DNA of 64,000 nucleotides from Acidobacteriaceae bacterium (GCA_965199635.1 CBDASL010000001.1:1275422-1339421), one strand, 5' to 3'. Counted from the first letter of the stretch, positions 28,192 through 36,999 are shown. Notes: a model not told the origin generated them from the letters alone. Program-made: numbers and translations.

Positions 28192-29844
28192 TTAGGCGGG
28201 CAGAGACGCAAGGTATTGGTGGACGAACTGAATGGCGATGGAGCCTTCGCCGACGGCGGAGGCGCAGCGTTTGACGGAGTTGAAGCGGACATCGCCGGCG
28301 ACAAAGATGCCGGGGACGCTGGTCTCAAGCAGGTAAGGGTCGCGCTGGAGGGGCCAGCTCTTGGGGCAGCGCGCCATCAGATCGGGACCGGAGAGGATGA
28401 AGCCCTTGGGGTCGCGTGCGAGCTGACGCGGCATCCATTCGGTCTTGGGGGCGGCACCGATGAAGACAAAGAGATCGGTCGCATCGCAGGTCTTCTCGCC
28501 TTCGGGAGTCTGAAGGGTGATGCGCTCGAGGTGACCGTCGCCCTCGAGACCGATGACAGAGGTCTCGGTGAGGACCTCGATCTGGGAGGTACGGGCGATC
28601 TGGTCAATGAGGTATTTGGACATGCTTTTTTCAAGGGACGGGGCGCGCACGAGAAGCTTGACCGAGGAGGCGTACCGAGCGAAGTACATGGCGGCCTGGC
28701 CGGCGGAGTTGGCGCCCCCGACGAGGAAGACGGTGGAGTTGCGGCAGGCGTTGGCCTCGGTCTGTGCTGCACCGTAGTAGACGCCGGCACCGGACAGGCG
28801 CGTGGCGCCGGGAATATCCAGCATGCGATAGGAGACGCCGGTGGCAATCACACAGACGAGGCAACTGATCTCGCGGCCGTCTGCCATGGTCAGCAGGTGG
28901 TAGGGACCTTCGCTGCGCATGGAGCAGACACGCTGCGTGAGGAACTCGGCGCCGAGACGCTGGGCCTGGAGGAAGGAGCGCTTGGCGAGTTCTTCGCCGG
29001 AGATGCCTTCGGCGAAGCCGAGATAGTTCTCGATGCGGGAGCTGGAACCGGCCTGGCCGCCGGGGGCTTCTGCCTCAACAATGAGGGTGCGGAGGCCTTC
29101 GGAGGCGCCATAGACGCCTGCCGCGAGACCGGCGGGGCCGGCTCCGACGACGACGACGTCGTAGAACTCTTTTTCGGAGGTGGTACGGAGGCCGACGCGG
29201 GCGGCGAGTGCGGGGATCTCCGGCTGGACGAGGGCGCTGCCGTCAGGAAGGAGGACGACGGGCAGTTTGCTGTCGTCCAGACCGCGCTCACAGAGCTGGG
29301 TAAGAATCTCGGGGTTGGTTTCGGGGGTGATCCACTGGAAAGGAATGAGATTGCGCGACAGAAACTGACGGATGTTGAAGTCGGCTGGCGACCAGCGGGT
29401 GCCGACGACGCGGATGCCGTCAAAGCGGGGCTCGCGATCCGACTTCCAGGACTGCAGGAGGTCGTCCAGGACGGGATAGAGCTTTTCTTCCGGCGGGTCC
29501 CAGGGCTTGTTGAGGTAGTAGTGGATCCGAGCGGAGTTGATGGCGCGGATGGCGGCTTCGGTGTCGGCGTAGGCTGTGAGCAGGACACGCTTGGCCGCCG
29601 GGTAGGGATCCATGACGCGCTGGAGCAGCTCGACGCCGGTCATGCCGGGCATACGCTGGTCGGAGAGGAAGAGGGCGACATCGTCGCCGCGCTCCTTGAG
29701 CTGATGGCAGATGTCGATGGCGGCCTGGCCGGAGGCGGCGCGGAGGATGCGATATTCCTTGCCGTAGCGTCGACGCAGGTCTTCAACAACAGCGTCAAGG
29801 ACGCTGATATCGTCGTCTATCGCAAGGAGAACTGGTTTTGCCAT
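28192..29844 (-). CDS. fused response-regulator receiver / thioredoxin-reductase-like FAD-dependent oxidoreductase
   Basis: From the Met at 29844: MAKPVLLAIDDD...LFLSDQRMPGMTG...LLTAY...LNKPW (REC). Dinucleotide motifs VVVVGAGPAGLAAGVYGA, FLVGGANSAGQAAMYF and GIFVAGDV. Confidence 0.85.
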   Translation of the reverse strand: MAKPVLLAIDDDISVLDAVVEDLRRRYGKEYRILRAASGQAAIDICHQLKERGDDVALFLSDQRMPGMTGVELLQRVMDPYPAAKRVLLTAYADTEAAIRAINSARIHYYLNKPWDPPEEKLYPVLDDLLQSWKSDREPRFDGIRVVGTRWSPADFNIRQFLSRNLIPFQWITPETNPEILTQLCERGLDDSKLPVVLLPDGSALVQPEIPALAARVGLRTTSEKEFYDVVVVGAGPAGLAAGVYGASEGLRTLIVEAEAPGGQAGSSSRIENYLGFAEGISGEELAKRSFLQAQRLGAEFLTQRVCSMRSEGPYHLLTMADGREISCLVCVIATGVSYRMLDIPGATRLSGAGVYYGAAQTEANACRNSTVFLVGGANSAGQAAMYFARYASSVKLLVRAPSLEKSMSKYLIDQIARTSQIEVLTETSVIGLEGDGHLERITLQTPEGEKTCDATDLFVFIGAAPKTEWMPRQLARDPKGFILSGPDLMARCPKSWPLQRDPYLLETSVPGIFVAGDVRFNSVKRCASAVGEGSIAIQFVHQYLASLPA

Positions 29845-30057
29845 GATAAGACGATGGTACGCCGCCAATCCAAAGGGCGCTTGGCGTCGTAATTCTTGTA
29901 ATTCGATTCGCCGAAGAAGCGAACGATGCACGTGTTATGAACCGTTTGGGTCATGGAATGCAAGCTCCCAAGGTGTTTGGATGTGAGGTAGCCGGGGGAA
30001 CCTGCCCGGCATACCGAGGCCGTACTGGACCAGTGACGTCTCGGGAGGAGCTTTGGC

Positions 30058-30714
30058 ATGACACGATTGATTTTGGCGGATAACCAGTCCATCTTCCGCG
30101 CGGGTGCCGCCCGTGTGCTGGCGCTGGAAGAGGATATTCGCATTGTGGCGCAGTGTGCGGATGTGCCGCGACTGCGGTCCGCGGTGGATGCGCACCGGGG
30201 ATCGGTGGTGTTGTTTTCGTCGGCGCTGGACTTGCAGCTGCCGGGCTTTCTGGCGACGGTGGCCGGGGCAGGGAGCCGGGCGGTAATCATTGCGGAGAAC
30301 CAGGAGCCGATCGACCCTGGGGCGCAGTCGATGCTGTACGGGGTGGTGTACCGGAGCGTTTCCGGTGCGGACCTGGTGGAGTGCGTGCGCAAGGTGAACC
30401 AGGGGAAGCGCTGCATGCCGACGGGGAACGTGACGGTGATGCAGGTCTCTGACAGCGTGGGGACGCGGGTGCGGGACCGGTTGACGCCCAAGGAGATCCA
30501 GATTGTTGCCCTGATTGTGCAGGGTTGCAAGAACAAGGACATCGCGACGCAGCTGGGGACCAAGGAGCAGGTGATCAAGAACTACCTGCGCGGGATCTAC
30601 GACAAGACCGGGGTTTCAGACCGGCTGGAGCTGGCGCTGTTTACGATTCACCACAAGGTGCTGGCGGAGGCGGCGGCGAACGCGGGCCGGCTGCTGCAGA
30701 TGAAGAGCGCCTAG
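30058..30714 (+). CDS. LuxR/NarL-family response regulator (receiver with atypical signature residues + LuxR HTH)
   Basis: C-terminal LTPKEIQIVALIVQGCKNKDIATQLGTKEQVIKNYLRGIYDKTGVSDRLELALF. N-terminal receiver-like fold LILADNQ...ALDLQLPGF. Confidence 0.8.
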   Translation: MTRLILADNQSIFRAGAARVLALEEDIRIVAQCADVPRLRSAVDAHRGSVVLFSSALDLQLPGFLATVAGAGSRAVIIAENQEPIDPGAQSMLYGVVYRSVSGADLVECVRKVNQGKRCMPTGNVTVMQVSDSVGTRVRDRLTPKEIQIVALIVQGCKNKDIATQLGTKEQVIKNYLRGIYDKTGVSDRLELALFTIHHKVLAEAAANAGRLLQMKSA

Positions 30715-30730
30715 CTTCGGGCTCGGGATG

Positions 30731-30761
30731 AAAGAGGGTCTGCCGGGGCAGACCCTCTTTT
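30731..30761. terminator. bidirectional intrinsic terminator between the convergent luxR-type gene and pruA
   Basis: aaagagggtctgc-cggg-gcagaccctcttt is a 13-bp stem flanked by A-run and T-run. Confidence 0.8.
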
Positions 30762-30770
30762 CCGTTGGGC

Positions 30771-32402
30771 TTAGAGCCCCATGTTGGCTTCGGTCTGCTC
30801 GTCGGTGGGGTTGGGGGCGATGCCGATCTTTTCGGCGATGCTCTTGGCCTGGGTGAAGAGAAGCAGGTAGTCGGGGCCGCCTGCCTTGGAGTCGGTGCCG
30901 CTCATGTTGAAGCCACCGAAGGGATGCGCGCCGACCATGGCGCCGGTGCACTTGCGGTTGAAGTAGAGGTTGCCGACGTGGAAGCGGGTGGCGGCGTCGT
31001 CGAGCTTGTCGCGGGAGTTCGTGTAGACCGCGCCGGTGAGGCCGTACTCGGAGTTGTTGGCGATGGCGAGAGCGTCGGCGAAGCTGCTGGAGCGGAGGAC
31101 GGCGAGGACGGGGCCGAAGACCTCTTCCTGCGCGAGGCGGGAGTCTGGGTCGAGGTCGGCGATGATCGTGGGCTGGACGAAGAAGCCGTCGGCGGCGTCG
31201 GAGATGTCGCCACCGGTGATGAGGCGGCCTTCGCTTCGGCCGAGGTCGATGTAGGACTTGTTGCGATCGAGGGCGGCGCGGTTGATGACGGGGCCGATCT
31301 GAGCGTTTTCGGTGGGGAGGCCGAGTTTGAGCGCTTCGGCGCGGTCACGGAGGTGGTCGAGGAAGATGTCGTAGATGCTGTCCGCAACGATGACGCGGGA
31401 GCAGGCAGAGCACTTTTGGCCGGAGAAGCCGAAGGCGGAGGCGATGACGCCATCGGCGGCGACGTCGAGGTCGCAGTCGGGCTCGACGATGATGGCGTCC
31501 TTGCCGCCCATCTCAAGGATGGTGCGCCTGATGAAGGGCTGGCCGGGACGGGCGCGGGCGGCGGACTCGTGGATCTCGAGACCGACCTTTTTCGAGCCGG
31601 TGAAGGCGATGAAGCGGACCTTGGGATGGGCGACGAGGGCGGCGCCGAAGCCGGGGCCGGCACCCTGGCAGAGGTTGACGACGCCGTCGGGGAGACCGGC
31701 CTGCTCGAGCAGGAGGAGGAACCGGGCGGCGATGGTGGGGGCGTCGGGCGAGGGCTTGAGGACGACGGTGTTTCCGCAGACGATGGCGGCGGCGGTCATG
31801 CCGGCCATGATGGCGAGGGGGAAGTTCCAGGGCGGGATGACGGCGCCGACACCGAGGGGAAGGTAGCGGAGGCGGTTGCGTTCGCCGGGCATCTGGATGG
31901 GAGTTTGGGTCCCGTCGAGCGCGAGGGCCTCGCGAGCGTAGAACTCCAGGAAGTCGATGGTTTCGCCGACATCGGCGTCGGCCTCGGCCCAGTTTTTGCC
32001 CACCTCAAAGGAGAGCCAGGCGCAGAGCTCGTACGAGTGCTCGCGGACGAGCTGGGCGGTACGGAGGAGGAGGCCGGCGCGGTCGGCCATCGAGCGCCGG
32101 GACCAGTCGGGGAAGGCCTGCTCGGCGGCGGCGACGGCGAGGTCGGCGTGCTCGGGGGTGGCTTCGGCGTGGATGCCGATGATCTGGGTTGGGAAGGCGG
32201 GGTTAACCGAGGTAAGGGTCTGGGCGGAGGTGAGCTGCCGGCCACCGACCGTCATGTCGTAGTGGTGGCCGAGCTGCGCCTCGACCTGGGCGAGGGCGGC
32301 CTGCATGCTGCGGCGGTGGTCAGGGACGGAGAAGTCGAGGAACGGGGCGTTCTTGAATGGCGGTAGGGCGGAGAGGGGTGGCGCGGGGGTGGAGGTGGCC
32401 AT
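30771..32402 (-). CDS. pruA: L-glutamate gamma-semialdehyde (1-pyrroline-5-carboxylate) dehydrogenase
   Basis: Aldehyde dehydrogenase fold with FTGSKKVG, EMGGKDAIIV and FGFSGQKCSACSR (catalytic Cys). N-terminus PFKNAPFLDFS is typical of PruA/RocA. Confidence 0.85.
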   Translation of the reverse strand: MATSTPAPPLSALPPFKNAPFLDFSVPDHRRSMQAALAQVEAQLGHHYDMTVGGRQLTSAQTLTSVNPAFPTQIIGIHAEATPEHADLAVAAAEQAFPDWSRRSMADRAGLLLRTAQLVREHSYELCAWLSFEVGKNWAEADADVGETIDFLEFYAREALALDGTQTPIQMPGERNRLRYLPLGVGAVIPPWNFPLAIMAGMTAAAIVCGNTVVLKPSPDAPTIAARFLLLLEQAGLPDGVVNLCQGAGPGFGAALVAHPKVRFIAFTGSKKVGLEIHESAARARPGQPFIRRTILEMGGKDAIIVEPDCDLDVAADGVIASAFGFSGQKCSACSRVIVADSIYDIFLDHLRDRAEALKLGLPTENAQIGPVINRAALDRNKSYIDLGRSEGRLITGGDISDAADGFFVQPTIIADLDPDSRLAQEEVFGPVLAVLRSSSFADALAIANNSEYGLTGAVYTNSRDKLDDAATRFHVGNLYFNRKCTGAMVGAHPFGGFNMSGTDSKAGGPDYLLLFTQAKSIAEKIGIAPNPTDEQTEANMGL

Positions 32403-32411
32403 GGGCTGATT

Positions 32412-33437
32412 TTAGTCCTCGGCCGTCGCAGCTTGAAACCAGGCTCGCCATTGCGCCAGCACTCGGTAGAAAGCATCGCTTGGCATCCGGACGTCACTCA
32501 ACGTTGCAGGATCGTAGAGGGTGGCAGAGCTGTCGCCGCAAAAAGCGATGAGTCTAACTTCGGTTTCACTCTCGAGCTGGAGGACGTAGCTGCCGTCATC
32601 GAATGCTTCGTCACCATCAGGTGCCCACGTAATGTGCCGCGAGGTGATCAGAGCTCGAAGAGATGATCCCGATAGTGGAAGGGGTATTTGAGGTCGAGAT
32701 GGATCACCGTAGAAGGCTTTACGGAAAGCTTCGGCGATCACCTGCGGGGACAGGTGGAACAACTCGGGTGCTGAGTGAGTGCCGCGCCTCGCTATCCGCC
32801 GTTCGACCTCATCGAAAGAGCAGGCCAACGAGGTTGCGTCAGGTTGCCGTAGGCCAAAGAGGCGGTCGCGAAGGTAGATGACGAAGAATCCCAACGCACG
32901 CTGACCTGCGGACTCCAGGCGTTCGGTGATCTGCGATTCGATCGCGAAGAGTGTTGGCTCGCCAACTAGCAAACGCGTCAGCCCGGCATTTCTGGGGTAT
33001 GCCAGGGGCGATGGATGATGGATTGATCCAGAGGAGAAGCGCCAATCCTTTTCGTGGGTGTTTGCCGCCCGAATGGCATTGTAGAGAGCCCTCTGAGCGG
33101 CGTTGATATCCCCCGAAGGGCGGTCCACCTCACGCTTGGAGGATGGGATGAAAGACCTAGATTTGGATCCGTAGATTAGTGTGCCGTGGATTCCTTGCGC
33201 ATAACTCTTATGGATCGGTCTGTCCCATAGTGGGTCTAAGTAGCGTCTTGCTTCTTCGCCCATCCTAGCGACGAAGTCGTCGATTAGCTCAATGTCCTGC
33301 CCTGGTGCCGGAAAGATCGCCTGGAACTCGGAGTCGGTCGCTTGAAAGATGCTGAAGGTTGCGTTAACCGCGTCGTCGATGATCTGGATGTTCTTCATGT
33401 AGCGGACGTACTCGCAGTAGGGATGACAGATGCTCAT
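32412..33437 (-). CDS. hypothetical protein (no domain recognised)
   Basis: Uninterrupted 341-codon ORF, 28 nt downstream of the synthase gene and 9 nt upstream of pruA on the same strand. An alternative start is the Met at 33398 (MKNIQIIDD...). No motif I can name. Confidence 0.55.
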   Translation of the reverse strand: MSICHPYCEYVRYMKNIQIIDDAVNATFSIFQATDSEFQAIFPAPGQDIELIDDFVARMGEEARRYLDPLWDRPIHKSYAQGIHGTLIYGSKSRSFIPSSKREVDRPSGDINAAQRALYNAIRAANTHEKDWRFSSGSIHHPSPLAYPRNAGLTRLLVGEPTLFAIESQITERLESAGQRALGFFVIYLRDRLFGLRQPDATSLACSFDEVERRIARRGTHSAPELFHLSPQVIAEAFRKAFYGDPSRPQIPLPLSGSSLRALITSRHITWAPDGDEAFDDGSYVLQLESETEVRLIAFCGDSSATLYDPATLSDVRMPSDAFYRVLAQWRAWFQAATAED

Positions 33438-33465
33438 GCATCGACTTCGCCTGGACAGGGCTCAT

Positions 33466-36400
33466 CTAGCCGGCAGTTAGCTTTTCGGTTTCTTCGGACA
33501 TCTTGGCGGTTCGGTCCAGCTTGTCCCAGTTGAAGGGTTTGCCGTCGATGGCGCGCTTCATGGTTTTAAGCAGGACGACGGAGAAGACCTGGCGGTAGCT
33601 GAAGCGCTGGATCCAGATGTGGACGAGGAGCCAGGCGTCGCCCTTGCTGGCGGGGTGTTTGCGCTCGAGGGCGAAGGCGAGGGCAGACGCGGCGAAGTCG
33701 ATGACCATGAAGGCCAGGAAGAAGGTGAGGAGCTTGATGAGGTCGTCGGGCGGCGTGGACTCGGGGTGGAAGTGGCGGTCGACGATGTACTTGATGACGC
33801 CGGTGACGAACATGAGATCGATCAGCGGAGAGACGAGGGGGAGAAGGATCTGGAAGATGATGATGTTCGGCAGGGCGAACCAGCCCATGGCGCGACGGGT
33901 GCGGATGGCGCCGAGGTGTTTGAAGACAGCCTGAAGGATGCCGAACGACCAGCGGAAGCGCTGGCGCATGAGGCCGTTCATATCGACGGGGGCCTCGGTG
34001 AAGGCGAGGGCCTGGTCCTCGTAGATGACCTCGTAGCCCTGCTCAAGCAGGTTCATGGTGAGGTCGGCGTCTTCGGCGACGGTGTTGGAGTGATAGCCGC
34101 CGCCGGCGCGGACGGCAGACGTGCGCCAGGCGCCGATGGCGCCGGGCACGACCATGACGACGTCGAAGAGGTCGAGGGCGCGGCGTTCGAAGTTTTGCGA
34201 GGTGATGTATTCGAGGGCCTGCCAACGGGTCCAAAGATTGACGCGGTTGCCGACCTTGGCATTGCCGGCGACGGCGCCGATTTTGGGGTTGGCAAAGTGG
34301 CAGACGAGGCGCGAGATGGCATCGTGGGCGATGACGCCATCGGCGTCTATGCCGATGTAGATCTCTTCGTCGGTCTGCTCGAGGGCGAAGTTGAGGGCTT
34401 CGGCCTTGCCGCCGTTGGGCTTGCGGAGGACGGTGAGGCGGCCTGACTCGATGTCCTTGGGGTAGGCGTTGATGCAGACCTCGGCGGTGCGATCTCCGGA
34501 GCCGTCGTCAATGACGACGATGCGGATGTTTTTGTAGGTGGACATCATGACGGAGCGGACGGTCCGGACGATGACGAGTTCTTCGTTGTAGGCGGGGATG
34601 AGGACGGCGACGCGCGGATTGTAGTCCGCGGTGGCGAAGGAGGGCCGTTTGCGGAAGCGGTCGATGACGGCGAAGAGGCCGATGATGAGCAGGCGCGCGC
34701 TCATGAGGACGTCGCCGACGAAGAAGACGGCGATGACGAGGTGATTGAAGGCGGAGAAGACAAAGAAGGCGACGGAGTCTGCGCGAGCCTGCCAGCGCTG
34801 GCGGGGGGTGAGCTGCGGCATGACCTGATCGCGGGTTTTGCCGAGCAGGGCGGAGACGGGGACGATCTTGTAGCCGTGGGCGCGGAGGGTTTCGATGAGG
34901 ACGGGAAGGGCGGCGACGGTGGGGGCACGGTTGCCGCCGCCATCGTGCATGAGGATGATGGAGCCGCGGGTCCAGGGGCGCTGCTGCATGGCGTCGATCT
35001 GCTGGAAGACGCTGTCGCTGATCTCTTTGGGAGTCTTGCGGGGGTGCTCGTCCCAGTCGTTGGTGTCGATCTTGTTGCCGACGATGACGTACCCGAGGCC
35101 CTGGATGCGGTCGACGGGGGCGGCCTGGTCGTTGGTGTCGGGCTCCTGATCGATGGAGTAGGGCGGGCGGAAGTAGAGGGGCTGAACGCCGAGTTTGGAG
35201 GCGAAGAGGCGCTCGGTCAGGGTGAGCTGGAGGTCGACCTGGCGATTGGAGATCTCGCTGATGTCGGGGTGGGTGAAGGTGTGGTTGCCGATCTCGTGAC
35301 CTTCGCGGTAGACACGCTGCATGAGGCCGACGTTGTTCTGGGCGACCTCGCCGATCATCAGGAAGGTGCCCTTGACGTTGTAGTGGTTGAGGATGTCGAG
35401 GATCTTCGGGGTCCACTCGGGGTCCGGGCCGTCGTCGAAGCTGAGCGCGACGACGCCTGGCTTGTAGCCGTACTGCTCGACCGTGTAGGAGAGCGGGTAG
35501 GTGTCCATGGATTCGTCGTCGACGAGCCGGAACTGGTCGGGGACGGTGGGGTCGTCGTCCATGGCGAGGGAGCGGGTGCCGGGTTGGGGCTTGCGGGTGA
35601 TGCGGAGGATGTCGCCTTCGCCTTCGGTGTCGACGTCGTAGCCGGGTTCCACCTTGGCGAGATCTTTGACGGGGTTGGCGCGTGAGGGATTGTCCCAGAT
35701 GCTCCACAGGGAGTCGTCTTCGCTGCCGAGACGCCAGAGGGCGAAGGTTTGAAGGCCGAGGGATCGGGCGGCGCGCATTTCGTTCAGGACGGTGACCGCA
35801 TCCAGGAACCAGACCTGGTGACGGACGTGGTCGTCTTCGTCGTCGTAGGCGAAGTGGGCGTTGAGGCTGTCGTCGTCGAAGTTGATGCGGGCGTCGGAGT
35901 CGGAAGCTGCCTGCCAGGCGGCCTGGGTAGAGAGCTCGCGCGCGGCGAGGGGGGCGAGGGCGACGGCCTGGTGAGAGCGGGACGCGTGGTGTGACGGGAG
36001 CGGGACGGTCCAATCGTAGCCGTAGCTGCCCAGCGAACAGATGATCTTTTCTTTGGGGACGGTCTTGAGGATGGTGCGGAGGTTCTGCTCAAACCACTCC
36101 TGGGCGGCGATCGGGCCGGGGGCGCTTTCGGTCTCGTGCTGATCGTAGTTCATGACCAGGAGGCCGTCGGAGTTGTCGGCAAGGAGCTTGAGGTTGAAGT
36201 TGTCGTCACCGACGGGGACGTTGACGTAGAGGCGGAGACCTTTGGCGTGGAGATTCTGGTAGAGATCGTGGATCAGGGTGTTGAAGCCGGGTTGGGCTGC
36301 AGGAGGGATCTGCTCGAAGTCCATCGAAAGGCCGCGGTAGTCGGAGTTTGCAGCGAAGAACTGGTCGAGTTGCTGCAGAAAGTTGGCGCGTGCGGCGGGA

Positions 36401-36999
36401 TCGGAGAGCATGGCACCGATCTCCGGCTGGAAGACGCCCTTAACGGGATCGTAGTTATTGACGAGCGGGAAGACTTCGGCGTTGACGCGGTTGTCGGCGA
36501 CGGTGCGACGCACCTTGTCTTCCTTGTCGACGCTGTGAACACCCGCATCGTCGACGACGGCATAGGACCGGTTGTCGATGGTGAACGCGGTGAGCGCACC
36601 GTTGGGGGAGACAACGTGGAGCCACTCGGGGAAGAGCAGATCGATCTGCCGGATGTGCTCTTTGAGTGAGGAGTAACTGGCCGGATCGTCGTCGACGTAG
36701 AAGGCGGCGCGGAGGCCTTCGCCCTGGTTGAAGGGAACGTCAGAGGGGCGAACATCGCTGTGCCGGTGGGCGGAGCGACGGAGTTTGCCGCCTGACCGGA
36801 GGGGGATAGGCGCGGAGTTAAGCGCGCGGTAGTTACGCTTGGGGGCCTGGAGGAGCAGCTCGGGGAGAGGCTTGATCCGAAGCAGGCCGATGATGAAGAT
36901 GACGCCGACGACGAGGCCGACAAGGGCAAAGCTGTCGAAGACGCGACGGAGTCGCTTCCATCGCTTGCGTTGAGGATCGTAGAAGACTGGTTTGCTCAT
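33466..36999 (-). CDS. multidomain exopolysaccharide synthase: TM anchor + GH18-like domain + CE4 (NodB) polysaccharide deacetylase + processive family-2 glycosyltransferase
   Basis: GH18-like: YRGLSMDFEQ (D-x-E) and LLVMNYDQHE...GPIAAQEWF. CE4: LSFDDGPDPEWT, GNHTFTHPD, YFRPPYS, IILMHDGG. GT2: VAVLIPAYNEE, VVIDDGSGDRT, GIDADGV, VAEDADLT, QRFRWSFG. TM helices before and after the GT2 domain. Confidence 0.85.
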   Translation of the reverse strand: MSKPVFYDPQRKRWKRLRRVFDSFALVGLVVGVIFIIGLLRIKPLPELLLQAPKRNYRALNSAPIPLRSGGKLRRSAHRHSDVRPSDVPFNQGEGLRAAFYVDDDPASYSSLKEHIRQIDLLFPEWLHVVSPNGALTAFTIDNRSYAVVDDAGVHSVDKEDKVRRTVADNRVNAEVFPLVNNYDPVKGVFQPEIGAMLSDPAARANFLQQLDQFFAANSDYRGLSMDFEQIPPAAQPGFNTLIHDLYQNLHAKGLRLYVNVPVGDDNFNLKLLADNSDGLLVMNYDQHETESAPGPIAAQEWFEQNLRTILKTVPKEKIICSLGSYGYDWTVPLPSHHASRSHQAVALAPLAARELSTQAAWQAASDSDARINFDDDSLNAHFAYDDEDDHVRHQVWFLDAVTVLNEMRAARSLGLQTFALWRLGSEDDSLWSIWDNPSRANPVKDLAKVEPGYDVDTEGEGDILRITRKPQPGTRSLAMDDDPTVPDQFRLVDDESMDTYPLSYTVEQYGYKPGVVALSFDDGPDPEWTPKILDILNHYNVKGTFLMIGEVAQNNVGLMQRVYREGHEIGNHTFTHPDISEISNRQVDLQLTLTERLFASKLGVQPLYFRPPYSIDQEPDTNDQAAPVDRIQGLGYVIVGNKIDTNDWDEHPRKTPKEISDSVFQQIDAMQQRPWTRGSIILMHDGGGNRAPTVAALPVLIETLRAHGYKIVPVSALLGKTRDQVMPQLTPRQRWQARADSVAFFVFSAFNHLVIAVFFVGDVLMSARLLIIGLFAVIDRFRKRPSFATADYNPRVAVLIPAYNEELVIVRTVRSVMMSTYKNIRIVVIDDGSGDRTAEVCINAYPKDIESGRLTVLRKPNGGKAEALNFALEQTDEEIYIGIDADGVIAHDAISRLVCHFANPKIGAVAGNAKVGNRVNLWTRWQALEYITSQNFERRALDLFDVVMVVPGAIGAWRTSAVRAGGGYHSNTVAEDADLTMNLLEQGYEVIYEDQALAFTEAPVDMNGLMRQRFRWSFGILQAVFKHLGAIRTRRAMGWFALPNIIIFQILLPLVSPLIDLMFVTGVIKYIVDRHFHPESTPPDDLIKLLTFFLAFMVIDFAASALAFALERKHPASKGDAWLLVHIWIQRFSYRQVFSVVLLKTMKRAIDGKPFNWDKLDRTAKMSEETEKLTAG

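Noticed and set aside
32412-33437. The local GC drop as proof of a horizontally acquired island.
   Set aside because: The drop relative to the immediate neighbours is real by hand count. However, core genes such as lon also sample near 53% (line 53401). There are no flanking repeats, tRNA, integrase or transposase. I keep it as a caveat inside the orphan-gene finding, not as an island call.
34508-36013. A 501-aa minus-strand ORF, extremely Arg/Pro-rich, in an alternate frame of the synthase gene.
   Set aside because: It is on the same strand as the CE4/GT2 region but in a shifted frame. Its composition (runs of RRRP, PRP) is characteristic of an off-frame reading of GC-rich codons. The in-frame product carries all the CE4 and GT2 motifs.
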